Translations under genes and position numbers: made by a program
Origin: Syntrophorhabdaceae bacterium
Lineage (GTDB): Bacteria > Desulfobacterota > Syntrophorhabdia > Syntrophorhabdales > Syntrophorhabdaceae
Length of the DNA stretch: 64,000 bases
Assembly (NCBI GenBank): GCA_963666485.2
Contig: CAXXUO010000006.1
Location: forward strand, 55,406-119,405
Direction: 5' to 3'
Part shown: positions 47,083 to 56,915 of the stretch, in pieces
Layout of the letters: each line of letters begins with the position of its first letter
How positions within the stretch are numbered: position 1 is the stretch's first letter
The notes under the pieces: generated by a model
Told to the model about the DNA's origin: nothing
Database searches by the model: none
Seen by the model: the letters and a program-made list of their open reading frames with translations, nothing else

Positions 47083-47376
47083 ATGAAGATAAAGGTCAAG
47101 GTCGATTCAAACCTCAGGATCAAAAATGTTTTCGAGCCCCCGCTTGAGGTCGAGCTAGGGGACGACGAGAACACTTTGAAGGATGTCCTGGGAAAACTGG
47201 CGGAGAAATACCCCTACCTGCGATTCATCGAGAAGGGTGAAATGGGGGACGACCTGCACCACCTCTACCTCAACGACAAGAATCATTTCTCTTTTACCGA
47301 AGGTTTGAAGCGGAAGGTCTGCGAAGGCGACACCGTTCGCGTCGAGGCCTACATGGACCCGCTGGCAGGCGGATAG
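47083..47376 (+). CDS. MoaD/ThiS-family sulfur carrier
   Basis: Beta-grasp size; C-terminal PLAGG; GGAGG SD. Confidence 0.8.
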   Translation: MKIKVKVDSNLRIKNVFEPPLEVELGDDENTLKDVLGKLAEKYPYLRFIEKGEMGDDLHHLYLNDKNHFSFTEGLKRKVCEGDTVRVEAYMDPLAGG

Positions 47377-47385
47377 GGGAAAAAC

Positions 47386-47547
47386 GGTTCAAGGTTCAAG
47401 GTTCAAAGTTCAAGGCTAAAAACAGTACCTTACGAAATAAGCCTCCACTTAATATTCAGGAACCCTTTCATTTTACGTCATATTTTTACGGCACGCATTA
47501 GCTGTTAACCTTGAACCTTGAACTTTGAACCTTGAACCTTAAACTTG
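47386..47547. repeat. Inverted pair of (GGTTCAA)n/(TTGAACC)n arrays around an AT-rich spacer
   Basis: Read directly; between convergent genes. Confidence 0.9.
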
Positions 47548-47559
47548 GATCAAACCCCA

Positions 47560-48372
47560 TCATTTTCCGGGAACTGTTACCCCCAACCACTTCTTTACTG
47601 TTCGGTCGACTGTCCCATCCTTTTTCATTTCAGTCAGCACTTTGTTGAAAGCATCGCGCAGGGAAACGTCGGTTTTACGAAAGCCGACGCCGTAGGACTC
47701 CTTACCGAAACTGTCGGAGAGGATTGTGAACGCATCCGGCTTTTTTGTCAGCGTGTATCGGGCGAAGACCTCATCCATCACGACCGCGTCAACGAGGCCG
47801 GTCTCGAGGTCGTTGAGGGCAAGCTGGTTTGTCCTGTACGCGGATACGCTTCTCAGGGAATTGACGACCGCGGGATCGGAAGTGATCCATTTTTCACTCG
47901 AGGCGCCGCGCTGAAAGCCGACCACCTTTTCTTTAAGGTCGGCCTTGCGGGCGATGCCCGAACCTTTTTTTACAACGATGACCTGCCTGCTTTCGAGATA
48001 GGGCTGCGAGAAAAGCATCTGGTGCTCCCTTTCGGGCAGGATTGACAGGCCGCTCCAGACTATATCGACATCGCCCGTATTCAAGCGGGGGATTATCTTG
48101 TCCCAGGTTACAGGCCTGAACTCGGCCTTGAGACCGAGAAGTTCAGCCGCCCTCCGGGCGAGATCGACATCGAGACCGATGATCTCTTTCGTCGTGCTGT
48201 CCCTGAATGCCAGGGGTGCGAACGTATCATCGATACCGACCACGATCACTCCGCGCGCCTTGATATCATCAAGCGACCTGTCGGCCCTGGGACCGGCTTT
48301 ATCCTGTCCTGATGCGGTGCTGCAGAGAATGAGGGTCAACAACAGCACAACTGTAACACTGATCTTTCTCAT
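47560..48372 (-). CDS. Amino acid ABC transporter substrate-binding protein (orphan)
   Basis: Signal peptide; VGIDDTFAPL, GLDVDLA, DAVVMDE, YGVGFRK. Confidence 0.92.
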   Translation of the reverse strand: MRKISVTVVLLLTLILCSTASGQDKAGPRADRSLDDIKARGVIVVGIDDTFAPLAFRDSTTKEIIGLDVDLARRAAELLGLKAEFRPVTWDKIIPRLNTGDVDIVWSGLSILPEREHQMLFSQPYLESRQVIVVKKGSGIARKADLKEKVVGFQRGASSEKWITSDPAVVNSLRSVSAYRTNQLALNDLETGLVDAVVMDEVFARYTLTKKPDAFTILSDSFGKESYGVGFRKTDVSLRDAFNKVLTEMKKDGTVDRTVKKWLGVTVPGK

Positions 48373-48414
48373 TGTCAGTCCCCTTTTCGATCGGTATGGT
48401 GTGGTGATGTGTCC

Positions 48415-48443
48415 ATTATATCCGACAGGAAAATCTCTTGCAA
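48415..48443 (-). promoter_or_regulatory. Sigma70-type promoter
   Basis: TTGCAA-N17-TATAAT. Confidence 0.6.
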
Positions 48444-48464
48444 TCCAGCAGAGAGAGAAAAATA

Positions 48465-48760
48465 GGTTCAAAGTTCAAAGTTCAAGGTTAGAAACCAATA
48501 CATTCCCGTTATCCCGGCGCTTGACACCGAAAAATGTGAGGGACGTCCTTAAGAAAGTAAGTAACTCCTCAAACAACTAAAAGGATCGCCCTGTCGTTAT
48601 TATCCCTGGACCGGGTGATCTTGAGTTACTTACTTTCTTAAGGACGTCCCCTTTGTCTTTACTTATCCCGGCGCTTGACGCCCGGGTCCAAGGTTCTTTT
48701 ATTTTCCACCATCCAGAGGTGCTGGTCCGGGTTGCATTTTTTTCCTTTGAACCTTGAACC
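48465..48760. repeat. Inverted GTTCAAR heptamer arrays enclosing degenerate REPs and a MITE-like insert
   Basis: ggttcaaagttcaaagttcaagg ... tttgaaccttgaacc; ttatcccggcgcttgac twice. Confidence 0.8.
48540..48650. mobile_element. MITE-like element with perfect 28-bp terminal inverted repeats
   Basis: GGGACGTCCTTAAGAAAGTAAGTAACTC / GAGTTACTTACTTTCTTAAGGACGTCCC. Confidence 0.6.
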
Positions 48761-48786
48761 ATCTTTTATTTTTTGCGTCTTGCGTT

Positions 48787-49479
48787 TTACGCTTTACTTG
48801 AGAGCCAGCTCGCCGATTCCCCAACGATCTCGCTATAAATTTCTTCTTCGGTTTTACGCAGCGATTTCGGGACGTGGAAGGAGTGATCGCCTCCCTCGAT
48901 CGTGTGTAAAGTGTGGGGTGCTTTTATCCGCTCGAGCACGCCCAGGAGCATCGGCATGCTGCAAAGCGGGTCTCTCGTCCCGGCGAAAAAGAGCATGGGG
49001 ACCTTTATTTTATAGAGATGTTCATCCCTTAAACTTTCAACATTATTCGCGGGGTGAAGCGGATAGCCCAGGAAAATGAGACGTTGGACAGGCAACGACG
49101 CGTCTGCGGCCATTTGCGATGCGATCCTGCCGCCCATCGACTTGCCCGCGGCGACCAACGAATCCACCGCAATATCGAGGCCCGACCGGGCAAATTCATA
49201 TACGGCGGCCCATGTCTTTACAAGGACGCCCTGGCTGTCGGGAGACTTCCTTCCCTGATCCGCGTAGAGAAAATTAAAACGCATCGACGGATATCCTGCC
49301 CCGGCCATGCCACGCGAAAACGCCTCTATGAGAGGAGCCCTCATATCATTCCCCGCACCGTGCGCAACGATGATCCCCATTTTCTTATGTGTGCCGCGCG
49401 GTTTCGCGAAGACACCGGACGTCGTGCGCCCATCGCCGACGGGGATTGTTACAGAAGTCTCAGAATAAGCTTTATCCAC
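48787..49479 (-). CDS. Alpha/beta hydrolase (GTG start)
   Basis: AHGAG, RFNF, GKSMGGR, LGYPLHP, GTRDPL, GGDHSF. Confidence 0.88.
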   Translation of the reverse strand: MDKAYSETSVTIPVGDGRTTSGVFAKPRGTHKKMGIIVAHGAGNDMRAPLIEAFSRGMAGAGYPSMRFNFLYADQGRKSPDSQGVLVKTWAAVYEFARSGLDIAVDSLVAAGKSMGGRIASQMAADASLPVQRLIFLGYPLHPANNVESLRDEHLYKIKVPMLFFAGTRDPLCSMPMLLGVLERIKAPHTLHTIEGGDHSFHVPKSLRKTEEEIYSEIVGESASWLSSKA

Positions 49480-49512
49480 GGCGTTCTCCTTGAGAAATGA
49501 TAGCACAAAGAC

Positions 49513-49738
49513 GGTTCCACGTTCCACGCTTCCACGTTCCACGAAAAAGACAGGCGCGTAATAAAGGCGATAAAGAGGAAAAACTGAATTCCGGTGTCAA
49601 GCACCGGGATGACGACCTTCTAGAATTGCGACACACTCTCTTCGCGTGAATGACGAGGTGCGTGCCGGGATCATGTTAGGGTCTTTGTCTTTAGCGTGGA
49701 ACCTGGAACGTGGAACCTGGAACGTGGAACCTGGAACC
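49513..49738. repeat. Inverted (GTTCCAC)n/(STGGAAC)n heptamer arrays enclosing a REP half
   Basis: ggttccacgttccacgcttccacgttccacg ... cgtggaacctggaacgtggaacctggaac; ccggtgtcaagcaccgggatgacg. Confidence 0.88.
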
Positions 49739-49756
49739 GCCTTTTCTTTTTCGCGG

Positions 49757-50200
49757 TTACTTCTCATCCTGGACCAGCGTACCGTAGATGGTCGATTCGT
49801 ATGCGATCTTGCCTTTCTGGTTCTGGATCGCTATCTCGAACTTGGCGATCATGCTTCTTTCCTGCCATTTCTTGATGAGTGCGTTGATCGTGTCGCCGGG
49901 ATAGAGGCGTCCCCGGAACTTCGTACGTTCGATCATGCCGACCGGGATTCCCTTGAGATCGGGGTAGAGTATGGCGATCATGAGCCGTATCCCCTGGTTT
50001 ATTAGTTTATAGACGGCATAATCCGGGTATATGGGATGGTCGGGTATGTGGCTCGCGAAATCCGGATCCTTCTCGTCCAGTTTTTTCGTGAGCTTGATCT
50101 CATCGGAGAAGGCCGGGTCAAAATAGGCTTCATCGATAATAATATGCTGTTCCGGCAACCCGAGGTATTGACCTATCTCTTTCCGGGAAATTTTGTTCAT
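49757..50200 (-). CDS. FabZ-like hotdog-fold protein
   Basis: FASHIPDHPIYP, KFRGRLYPGD; ATGA overlap with the upstream gene. Confidence 0.65.
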   Translation of the reverse strand: MNKISRKEIGQYLGLPEQHIIIDEAYFDPAFSDEIKLTKKLDEKDPDFASHIPDHPIYPDYAVYKLINQGIRLMIAILYPDLKGIPVGMIERTKFRGRLYPGDTINALIKKWQERSMIAKFEIAIQNQKGKIAYESTIYGTLVQDEK

Positions 50201-50805
50201 GCGCCCCCCTTTCTCACAATTATCCACAATCCGCCTTCCGTTGTCACGGTGGAACTCTCTGCCAGACCGTCTTTGTTGATCTCGCGTGCGATCATGTCTG
50301 TCGTTACTTCCTTTTTGCCGAGGAGGAGGTTGAGCTCCCGTGATCGGTCGGCAATGGGTGAGATCACATCGGCGGGCGTGTGTTTGCCGAAGCCTCCGCC
50401 GACGAACGCACACCCTCCGGGTTTAAGCACCCTCTCGATCGCGCGGTAGCCGACGGTAAAGAGGGAAGGGAAGAACAAAGCCCCCCTGAAGACAAGAAGG
50501 TCAATGCTTTTGTCATCGACGCGGTTAAGCAGGGAGTCCGTATCGACGATCGCAACGCGGCCGGATTGGCCGCGGGCTTCAATCTCCCCGGCATAATGTG
50601 CCGTCATCTGTTCCGGGAACGAGGCGATGAAAAAGGAATCGCCGATGCCCTGCCGGGCGAGCTCATATATCACTCCACAGAACGGGCCTATCTCTGCAAC
50701 TGTACCGTCACGCCTGCCGTAGACCTCGGCAATGTGGCGTGCAAGGTAAGGGTAGACATCCTTCCACAGGGAATTTATATCCCGGATCAATGAAGATAAG
50801 CTCAT
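50197..50805 (-). CDS. Class I SAM-dependent methyltransferase-like protein (start 50805 or 50820)
   Basis: VYPYLA, AEIGP, DLLVFRGALFF, RVLKPGG..FVGGGFG. Confidence 0.75.
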   Translation of the reverse strand: MSLSSLIRDINSLWKDVYPYLARHIAEVYGRRDGTVAEIGPFCGVIYELARQGIGDSFFIASFPEQMTAHYAGEIEARGQSGRVAIVDTDSLLNRVDDKSIDLLVFRGALFFPSLFTVGYRAIERVLKPGGCAFVGGGFGKHTPADVISPIADRSRELNLLLGKKEVTTDMIAREINKDGLAESSTVTTEGGLWIIVRKGGA

Positions 50806-50809
50806 GCTT

Positions 50810-52754
50810 TCAGCGTGCATTGCCGATCCTTTCGGTGATCTCCTTGAGAGCTTTCAGGTCCTGAGGCCTGAACGGCCGGTCGGTATAATAGATAGTTTCA
50901 AAGCGGCGCACGAATTCCAGCGAGATGGCCCGGATATTCTCATCGGGAATCCGGGACGCGTATTCCTCGAGCCCCTCGAATTCCCCCTTGGGGTAACCCA
51001 GGGCCTTGAGCTTCTTCAGGAAACGCTTGAGGACGGCGATCTCCCTGGAATTCGCGGACCTGGCAAAAGCGATGAGGGCCATTATCAGTACAATGACAAT
51101 AAGGGCGATCCCGACATACCGGATGGCCCCCGACCTCAAGAAGGCAAAAGAAAGGGACGGCTTTCTTATTTCCGAGATTATCGACCGGGTCATCGATAAT
51201 TGCCTTTCGAGATTATAGGTCAGGATTATGCCGTACCAGTAGTAGTTTATCGTGTCGAAGAGAAGCTGGGCCCTCAGGAAGATCCCCTGCCGGTAGATGG
51301 GCGTGAATGCTTCGGCTGACGCGGGTGTCGGATCGTAGCGGACCCACCCCTTGCCGTCAATGAACGTTTCCACCCACACATGCGCGTACTTTTGCGGGAC
51401 AAGATAGTAATTGCCCATCTCGTTGTAATATCCCCCCCCGGTACCCTCCGACGATGCGTGACGGGATGTTGTTCACACGCAGGAGGACGGCCATGGCCGA
51501 TGCGAAATATTCGCAGTTGCCGGCCGGCGAATCGAAGAGAAAGCTTTCGAGCGGGTTCTTCGTGATGGGAAGGTCCTTGAGGGTATATTTATACCTGTCC
51601 GACCTGAAATGGTCGGCAATCTTCTTGATCGTTGCCTCCGTGTCGTTCTTCACGGCCAGACTTTTTCCGAGAGAGACGACGAGGGACGACAGTCGCCGGG
51701 GCAACTGGAGGTACTTTTCCCGGTCGATGGCAGTCTCGGGAATGGTATCGGACACGATGGAAAAAACGGTGTACCGCACCCGCTTTTCTATGTAGGACGG
51801 AACTGCGAACGTGTGATCGTCATATTTCCGTACGGCCCTCAGGTCCATGTGTATCGGCTTGTCGAGGCCGAAGAGCGACGAGTTCTCGTACGGCTCGAGA
51901 TATATCGTCTGGTTTATCCGTTTTCCCGCAGGGCTTGCGCCCCGGGCCATTGAATAGTAGCCCTTCCTTGTCGCCCTCCAGGATATCCCGTCAAAATGGT
52001 CAAGAGTGATCCCCCTCCAGTAGAGGAGCGATTCGTCGACCCGGTCCATCGTCACCCTGAAGATTATGCTTTCATCTTCCTGTATGTCCGATACATGGCC
52101 AAGCCGTACGTTGTCCGTAAAACCTGACCGGGCCTTCTCCGGCCTGTTGAGAAAGGTGAGCAGCGGGTAGCTCGTGCGCGGTAATATAATGAACATGAGG
52201 CCGGATAAAGGAATTGCGAGGACCGGTATCCAGAGGCTCTTCGTGATCACTATCCGGATCGTCTGATTGGTGAGCTCGAGTTCCGGGTCCTGGGAGTAGA
52301 ACGTGAGGAAAATGAGCGACAGGCACAGGAGGATGAAAAAAACGAGCAGGTACGCCACGAACCCCATTCCGAAGGTCATGAGGCCGAGCCCGGCAAGAAC
52401 GAACAGCGCCAGGGCATATATCTGCATATAGTCCCGGAATTGCTTGTGCTCGAGGTATTTTATCCCCATCAGGGCGAAGAGGATCTCCATGATGTGCCCG
52501 ATAAGGTCCTGCATGTCGAACTGGAGGAAAAAATAGAGCAGAACGGCAACGGAGAGAGAGGCGAGTATCCAGCGCGGGATTATGATCTTTTTCAGGTCGA
52601 GCCAGACCGACAGTGCCATCGCCCCGAGGAGGATCACCGGGTAAATGGACGGGATATGCCCGGATAATGCCAGGATGCACAGGATCCCTGCAGCGTAGGT
52701 GAAAATGTTTACGACGGTCCGGACCTTGAGCTGGGTAAAACTGAGTGTCATCAT
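50810..52754 (-). pseudogene. TgpA-like membrane transglutaminase (DUF3488), frameshifted at C8 run 51432-51439
   Basis: GNCEYFASAMAVLLR..GGYRGG in one frame, YYNEMGNYYLV..AHVWVE..DPTP in the next; removing one base restores it; likely sequencing error. Confidence 0.8.
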
Positions 52755-52782
52755 TGCCGTGTTCCTGCCATCGGTCTCATTC

Positions 52783-53682
52783 CTAAGCGGTCATAACGGA
52801 TGCGGGGACATCCTCCCTTTCGTACATGGCAAGCTCCCTGAGCATGTTCAGTTTATGCACGCTCGTGGTGTCAGGGGGATACAACCTGCCGTTTATCTTG
52901 AGGCCGACCGGGACATTGTTCTTGAGAAGCTGCACGATCGTGTAAGCAATACAGGATATCCTCTCTTCAATGTCACGTATCATGACATCTTCGAATTCTA
53001 TGACAACCGGCTGGTACGAGAGAGATGACAGTTCTTTCGTCTTGAGCTTTCCCGTCTTTGCCGTTGCCTTCCAGTGAATGTACTTGATCGGGTCGCCGCG
53101 GACATATTCGCGGATCGACACGACGTCGGCGTCATAGCCGATCGAATCGGATATCTTTTCCCCGCGGGACCTGCGTTCCCTGCGGTACAGGTTGGCAAGG
53201 TCGCATGCCTTGAGCCGCGGCAGTACGATGACCGTGTACGTCTTGTCGAGCGTTCTGAATCGGGTGAAAAAATTGAACGGGAAGACCGAGGAGACGAGCG
53301 GGTTTTCTATCGTGTGGAGGCCGCGTTCACGAAACGTAATGTTCGCAAAGGTGGACGATGCGCTTTTCCCGGGTGTGAAAGGCATCAGGACCGAAATGCG
53401 GTCCGCCGTGAGCCTGATGAGGAATGCCGGGAAATGCCGCCGATGGTTTTCCATGGTTATCTTGACGGGGACCTGGCTGCCCGCGTACACCTCCTGCGGG
53501 ACATCTATCCCGAGCTCGAGCTTCGAGAGATTGGCCTTCCCGAAGAAGCCGGAAATGCCCATGAAGCTCAAAAGGCCCGACACGATGAGGAAGACCAGGT
53601 TGTTGTTGGTATTGGCGGCGGCGATACCCATGAAGATCGTGATCGCTATGTAAAGGAACCCGGCTTTCGATATCTTGATCAC
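52783..53682 (-). CDS. DUF58 domain protein
   Basis: AAANTNNNL, FPFNFF, IREYVRGDPIKYIHWKATAK. Confidence 0.9.
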   Translation of the reverse strand: MIKISKAGFLYIAITIFMGIAAANTNNNLVFLIVSGLLSFMGISGFFGKANLSKLELGIDVPQEVYAGSQVPVKITMENHRRHFPAFLIRLTADRISVLMPFTPGKSASSTFANITFRERGLHTIENPLVSSVFPFNFFTRFRTLDKTYTVIVLPRLKACDLANLYRRERRSRGEKISDSIGYDADVVSIREYVRGDPIKYIHWKATAKTGKLKTKELSSLSYQPVVIEFEDVMIRDIEERISCIAYTIVQLLKNNVPVGLKINGRLYPPDTTSVHKLNMLRELAMYEREDVPASVMTA

Positions 53683-54632
53683 AGGGGCGCTGAAACGGTG
53701 TCGACGATCGATCGCACAATCTCCCTTTTGTTGAGGTTCTCATACTCTTCCTTGAAAATGACGCGGTGAGGGATCGTATATTCGACAAGGTCCCTGATGT
53801 CTTCGGGAATGACGAAATTCCTGTCATGGAAATAGGCATGTGCCTTCGCCGTGTTGATGATCGTCAGCGCGCCCCGCGTCGATAGGCCGGCGGAAAGGTA
53901 TTCGCTTGTCCGCGTCGCCTGGATTATGGACAGGGTATACTCGAGGATCCTGTCGGAAACATGCACGCCGTGGGAGATCTCGTCCTGCAGGTGCGACACC
54001 TCGTCATGATCGACAACGGGTTCGATGAGATAGATGTCCTCGCGCTTGCTCCCTATCTTCAGGATCTCTTTCTCCGCCTGCCGCGACGGGTAGCCTATGC
54101 TGATCTTCATCATGAACCTGTCGAGCTGGGATTCCGGAAGGGGAAATGTCCCGAACTGCTCCGCGGGGTTTTGGGTCGCGATGACGCAGAAGATGCGGGG
54201 AAGCTTGTATGTCTTCCCTTCGATCGTCACCTGCTTCTCTTCCATCGCTTCGAGAAGGGCGCTCTGCGTCTTCGGCGTTGCACGGTTTATCTCGTCGCAC
54301 AGGACGATGTTGTTGAAGATGGGGCCGGGATGGAAATCGAACTCGCCCGAGGTCTTGTTGTAAATGGACAGGCCCGTTATATCAGTGGGAAGAAGGTCGC
54401 TCGTGCACTGGATCCTCCCGAATGTGAGGCCAAGAGATTTTGCAATGCCGATAGCGAGCGTCGTCTTGCCGAGTCCGGGCAGGTCCTCGATGAGAAGGTG
54501 CCCTCTCGAGAAGAACGAGATCAGGGAAAGGCCGAGCGGCTTTTCTTTGCCTTGCAGATAGGACGACAGGGATTCGGTTATTGTGTGGATCTTACTGATT
54601 TTCATCCCTAATGCCAGGTCTTTGCCGTCCAT
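53679..54632 (-). CDS. moxR: MoxR family AAA+ ATPase (start 54632 or 54605)
   Basis: HLLIEDLPGLGKT, RIQCTSDLLP, DEINRATPKTQSALLE, PLPESQLDRF. Confidence 0.93.
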   Translation of the reverse strand: MDGKDLALGMKISKIHTITESLSSYLQGKEKPLGLSLISFFSRGHLLIEDLPGLGKTTLAIGIAKSLGLTFGRIQCTSDLLPTDITGLSIYNKTSGEFDFHPGPIFNNIVLCDEINRATPKTQSALLEAMEEKQVTIEGKTYKLPRIFCVIATQNPAEQFGTFPLPESQLDRFMMKISIGYPSRQAEKEILKIGSKREDIYLIEPVVDHDEVSHLQDEISHGVHVSDRILEYTLSIIQATRTSEYLSAGLSTRGALTIINTAKAHAYFHDRNFVIPEDIRDLVEYTIPHRVIFKEEYENLNKREIVRSIVDTVSAPL

Positions 54633-54732
54633 CGGAGCAATTGTATCATAAAAGCATGGACCAAGGAAATGGGCAAGCCGTATCGCGCGGCACCTCCTTG
54701 ACAAAACGCCTTATTTCGGCTTGAATAGAACA

Positions 54733-55648
54733 ATGGGCGTACTTCCGCTATTTCCTGATTTCAAGCCGATAGAGATAGATGACCGGCAAAATATAGCGGG
54801 TATTCTCAGGGTGGATAGCCCCGGGACATCCGAGCTCACGTTCACCAATCTCTTTATCTGGAGAAAACATTACGGGTTCCGCTGGTGCCTTTACAAGGAT
54901 TGCCTGTGCATCATCGGCAAGGAAAATTCGGGGCCGGACTTTGCCATGGCCCCTGTCGGGCCGCAAGGACGGGTCGAAACGGGCCTTGCCGTTCTCGAAT
55001 GGCTGAAAGAAACGAAGGGCATCTCTTCGCCGTCCATCGAGCGCACAGATGAAGGCTTCGCCGCCGAAGCGTCCCGGTCTTCCCGGCTTAAGGCCGAGGA
55101 AAAACGGGAACACTTCGATTACGTCTACCTTACCCGGGACCTCATCGACCTGCCGGGCAACAGGAACAGGAACAAGCGCAACCATATCAACCAGTTCCTG
55201 AGGACCTACGGATCATATACATATGAGGAATTGAACGAAGGCCACATCGAGGCGGCGCTTGATCTCCAGGAAAAATGGTGCCTCATGAAAAGGTGCGAAG
55301 AGGACCTCAACCTGCTCGGCGAATGGGACGCCATACGGGAGATACTGAGTTATTACAGGGAGCTCGACGTGGCCGGAGCGGTCATCATCGTCGACTCGCA
55401 GGTGAAGGCGTTCACGCTCGGCGAACCCCTTGCGGATGACATGGCGCTTATTCACATCGAGAAAGCGGACCCGTCCCTGCCGGGACTGTATCAGCTCATC
55501 AATCAGCAATTCTGCGCCCGAAGGTGGAACGGGATGAAATATATCAACCGTGAGCAGGACCTGGGATTACCCGGGGTTGCGCGAGGCGAAGCTCTCCTAT
55601 AATCCCGACCACTTTATCAAGAAATACTCCGTCTCCCTGAAAGGATGA
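54733..55648 (+). pseudogene. DUF2156 domain protein, frameshifted at GGGG 55573-55576
   Basis: DYVY, HIEKAD, YINREQDLGLPG; the next frame continues LREAKLSYNPDHFIKKY; likely sequencing error. Confidence 0.8.
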
Positions 55649-56430
55649 CCATGACGCCAGGCAAGAAAAACGAAAAGACCGGTATATTTACACCCGAGGA
55701 GCTTGAGCGCTATTCCCGCCAGATAATGGTCCCCGGAATGGGTGTCGGCAAGCAGGAATACCTTCGCAAGGCCCGGGTATGCATTGCGGGAACAGGCGGG
55801 CTTGGCTCGGTATCCGCTTATTACCTTGCAGCCGCCGGTATCGGGAGATTGAGGATCATAGACCATGACAGGGTGGAGACATCGAACCTCAACAGGCAGA
55901 TACTTCACTTCACGCCGGATATCGGGCAGCTGAAGGTCCTCTCCGCGCTCGACAAGCTCGAGAACTTGAACCCGTATTGCCGCGTGGAGGCCGTGCAGGC
56001 AGATATAAACGAAGACAACGTGTTCGAGCTCATAGACAATTCCGACGTCATCATCGACGCCCTCGATAATATCGGCACCCGCAGGATCCTCAACTTCGCC
56101 GCGATCCACAGCCGGATACCGCTCATTTACGGCGGGGTCGAAGGCTTTTCCGGAATGGCATCGACCTTCGTCCCCTACCAGACCCCCTGTTTTGAATGCA
56201 TCTTCTCGCACATCGCCGACAACGAGGAGAGAAAAGGCGTCCTCGGGATGCTGCCCGCCATCATCGGCGCCATACAATCTCTTGAGGCGTTGCGCCTGAT
56301 CATGCGCGAGCCGCCGGCGCTGGCCGGGACGCTCCTTTATTTCTCCGGCACCAACATGACCTTTCAGCACATATCCGTCGACCGGAATCCGAACTGCAGT
56401 GTATGCGGGGTGGCGCCGGGAATGACGTAA
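55645..56430 (+). CDS. ThiF/MoeB/HesA adenylyltransferase
   Basis: ERYSRQI, GTGGLGS, SNLNRQILH, PCFEC, NCSVCG. Confidence 0.92.
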   Translation: MTMTPGKKNEKTGIFTPEELERYSRQIMVPGMGVGKQEYLRKARVCIAGTGGLGSVSAYYLAAAGIGRLRIIDHDRVETSNLNRQILHFTPDIGQLKVLSALDKLENLNPYCRVEAVQADINEDNVFELIDNSDVIIDALDNIGTRRILNFAAIHSRIPLIYGGVEGFSGMASTFVPYQTPCFECIFSHIADNEERKGVLGMLPAIIGAIQSLEALRLIMREPPALAGTLLYFSGTNMTFQHISVDRNPNCSVCGVAPGMT

Positions 56431-56435
56431 AAGAT

Positions 56436-56909
56436 CGTTCAAGGTTCAAGGTTCAAGGTTCAACGCAAAAGATAAAAACAAAAAAAGTCGTTCGTTCCAC
56501 GTTCAAAATTCAACGCAAAGGATACCCCTCATCCCGCCTCCGAGCCAACTCGCCCTCGCCGTCATCCCTTCGCCCTCGCCGTCATCCCTTCGCCCTCGCC
56601 GTCATCCCTTCGCCCTCGCCGTCATCCCGGGCTTGACCCGGGACCCAAGGTTTTGGTTTTTACTTTTTTGATTATGCAACTGATTAATGGATACGAGATC
56701 CAGCCAATGAGGGATTCACTCATGAATGTTTCCGAAAAATGAAAGATAATTTGGTGCAATTTCCAAGGAAACCTTGGGTCCCGGCTCGGGGGCCGGGAAG
56801 ACGGTGAGAGATAGCGGATGACGGAAATATTTAACGTAAATCTTTTAAGTGCAAAACGTCGAACTGGTCAAGTTTCGGGTTTTCATGCTCCAACCTTGAA
56901 CCTTGAACC
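56436..56909. repeat. Nested unit: GTTCAAG arrays, 4x20-bp tandem (56550-56628), REP dimer (56620-56804), inverted CTTGAAC array
   Basis: (TCGCCCTCGCCGTCATCCCT)x4; CGTCATCCCGGGCTTGACCCGGGACCCAAGG..CCTTGGGTCCCGG. Confidence 0.88.
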
Positions 56910-56915
56910 ATTTTT

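Noticed and set aside
53679..54632. MoxR as a CoxD-like maturase for the atypical Mo enzyme
   Set aside because: It sits in the standard DUF58-transglutaminase context with no VWA/CoxE partner.
56550..56628. 20-bp direct repeats as a CRISPR array
   Set aside because: Head-to-tail with no spacers, and no cas genes.
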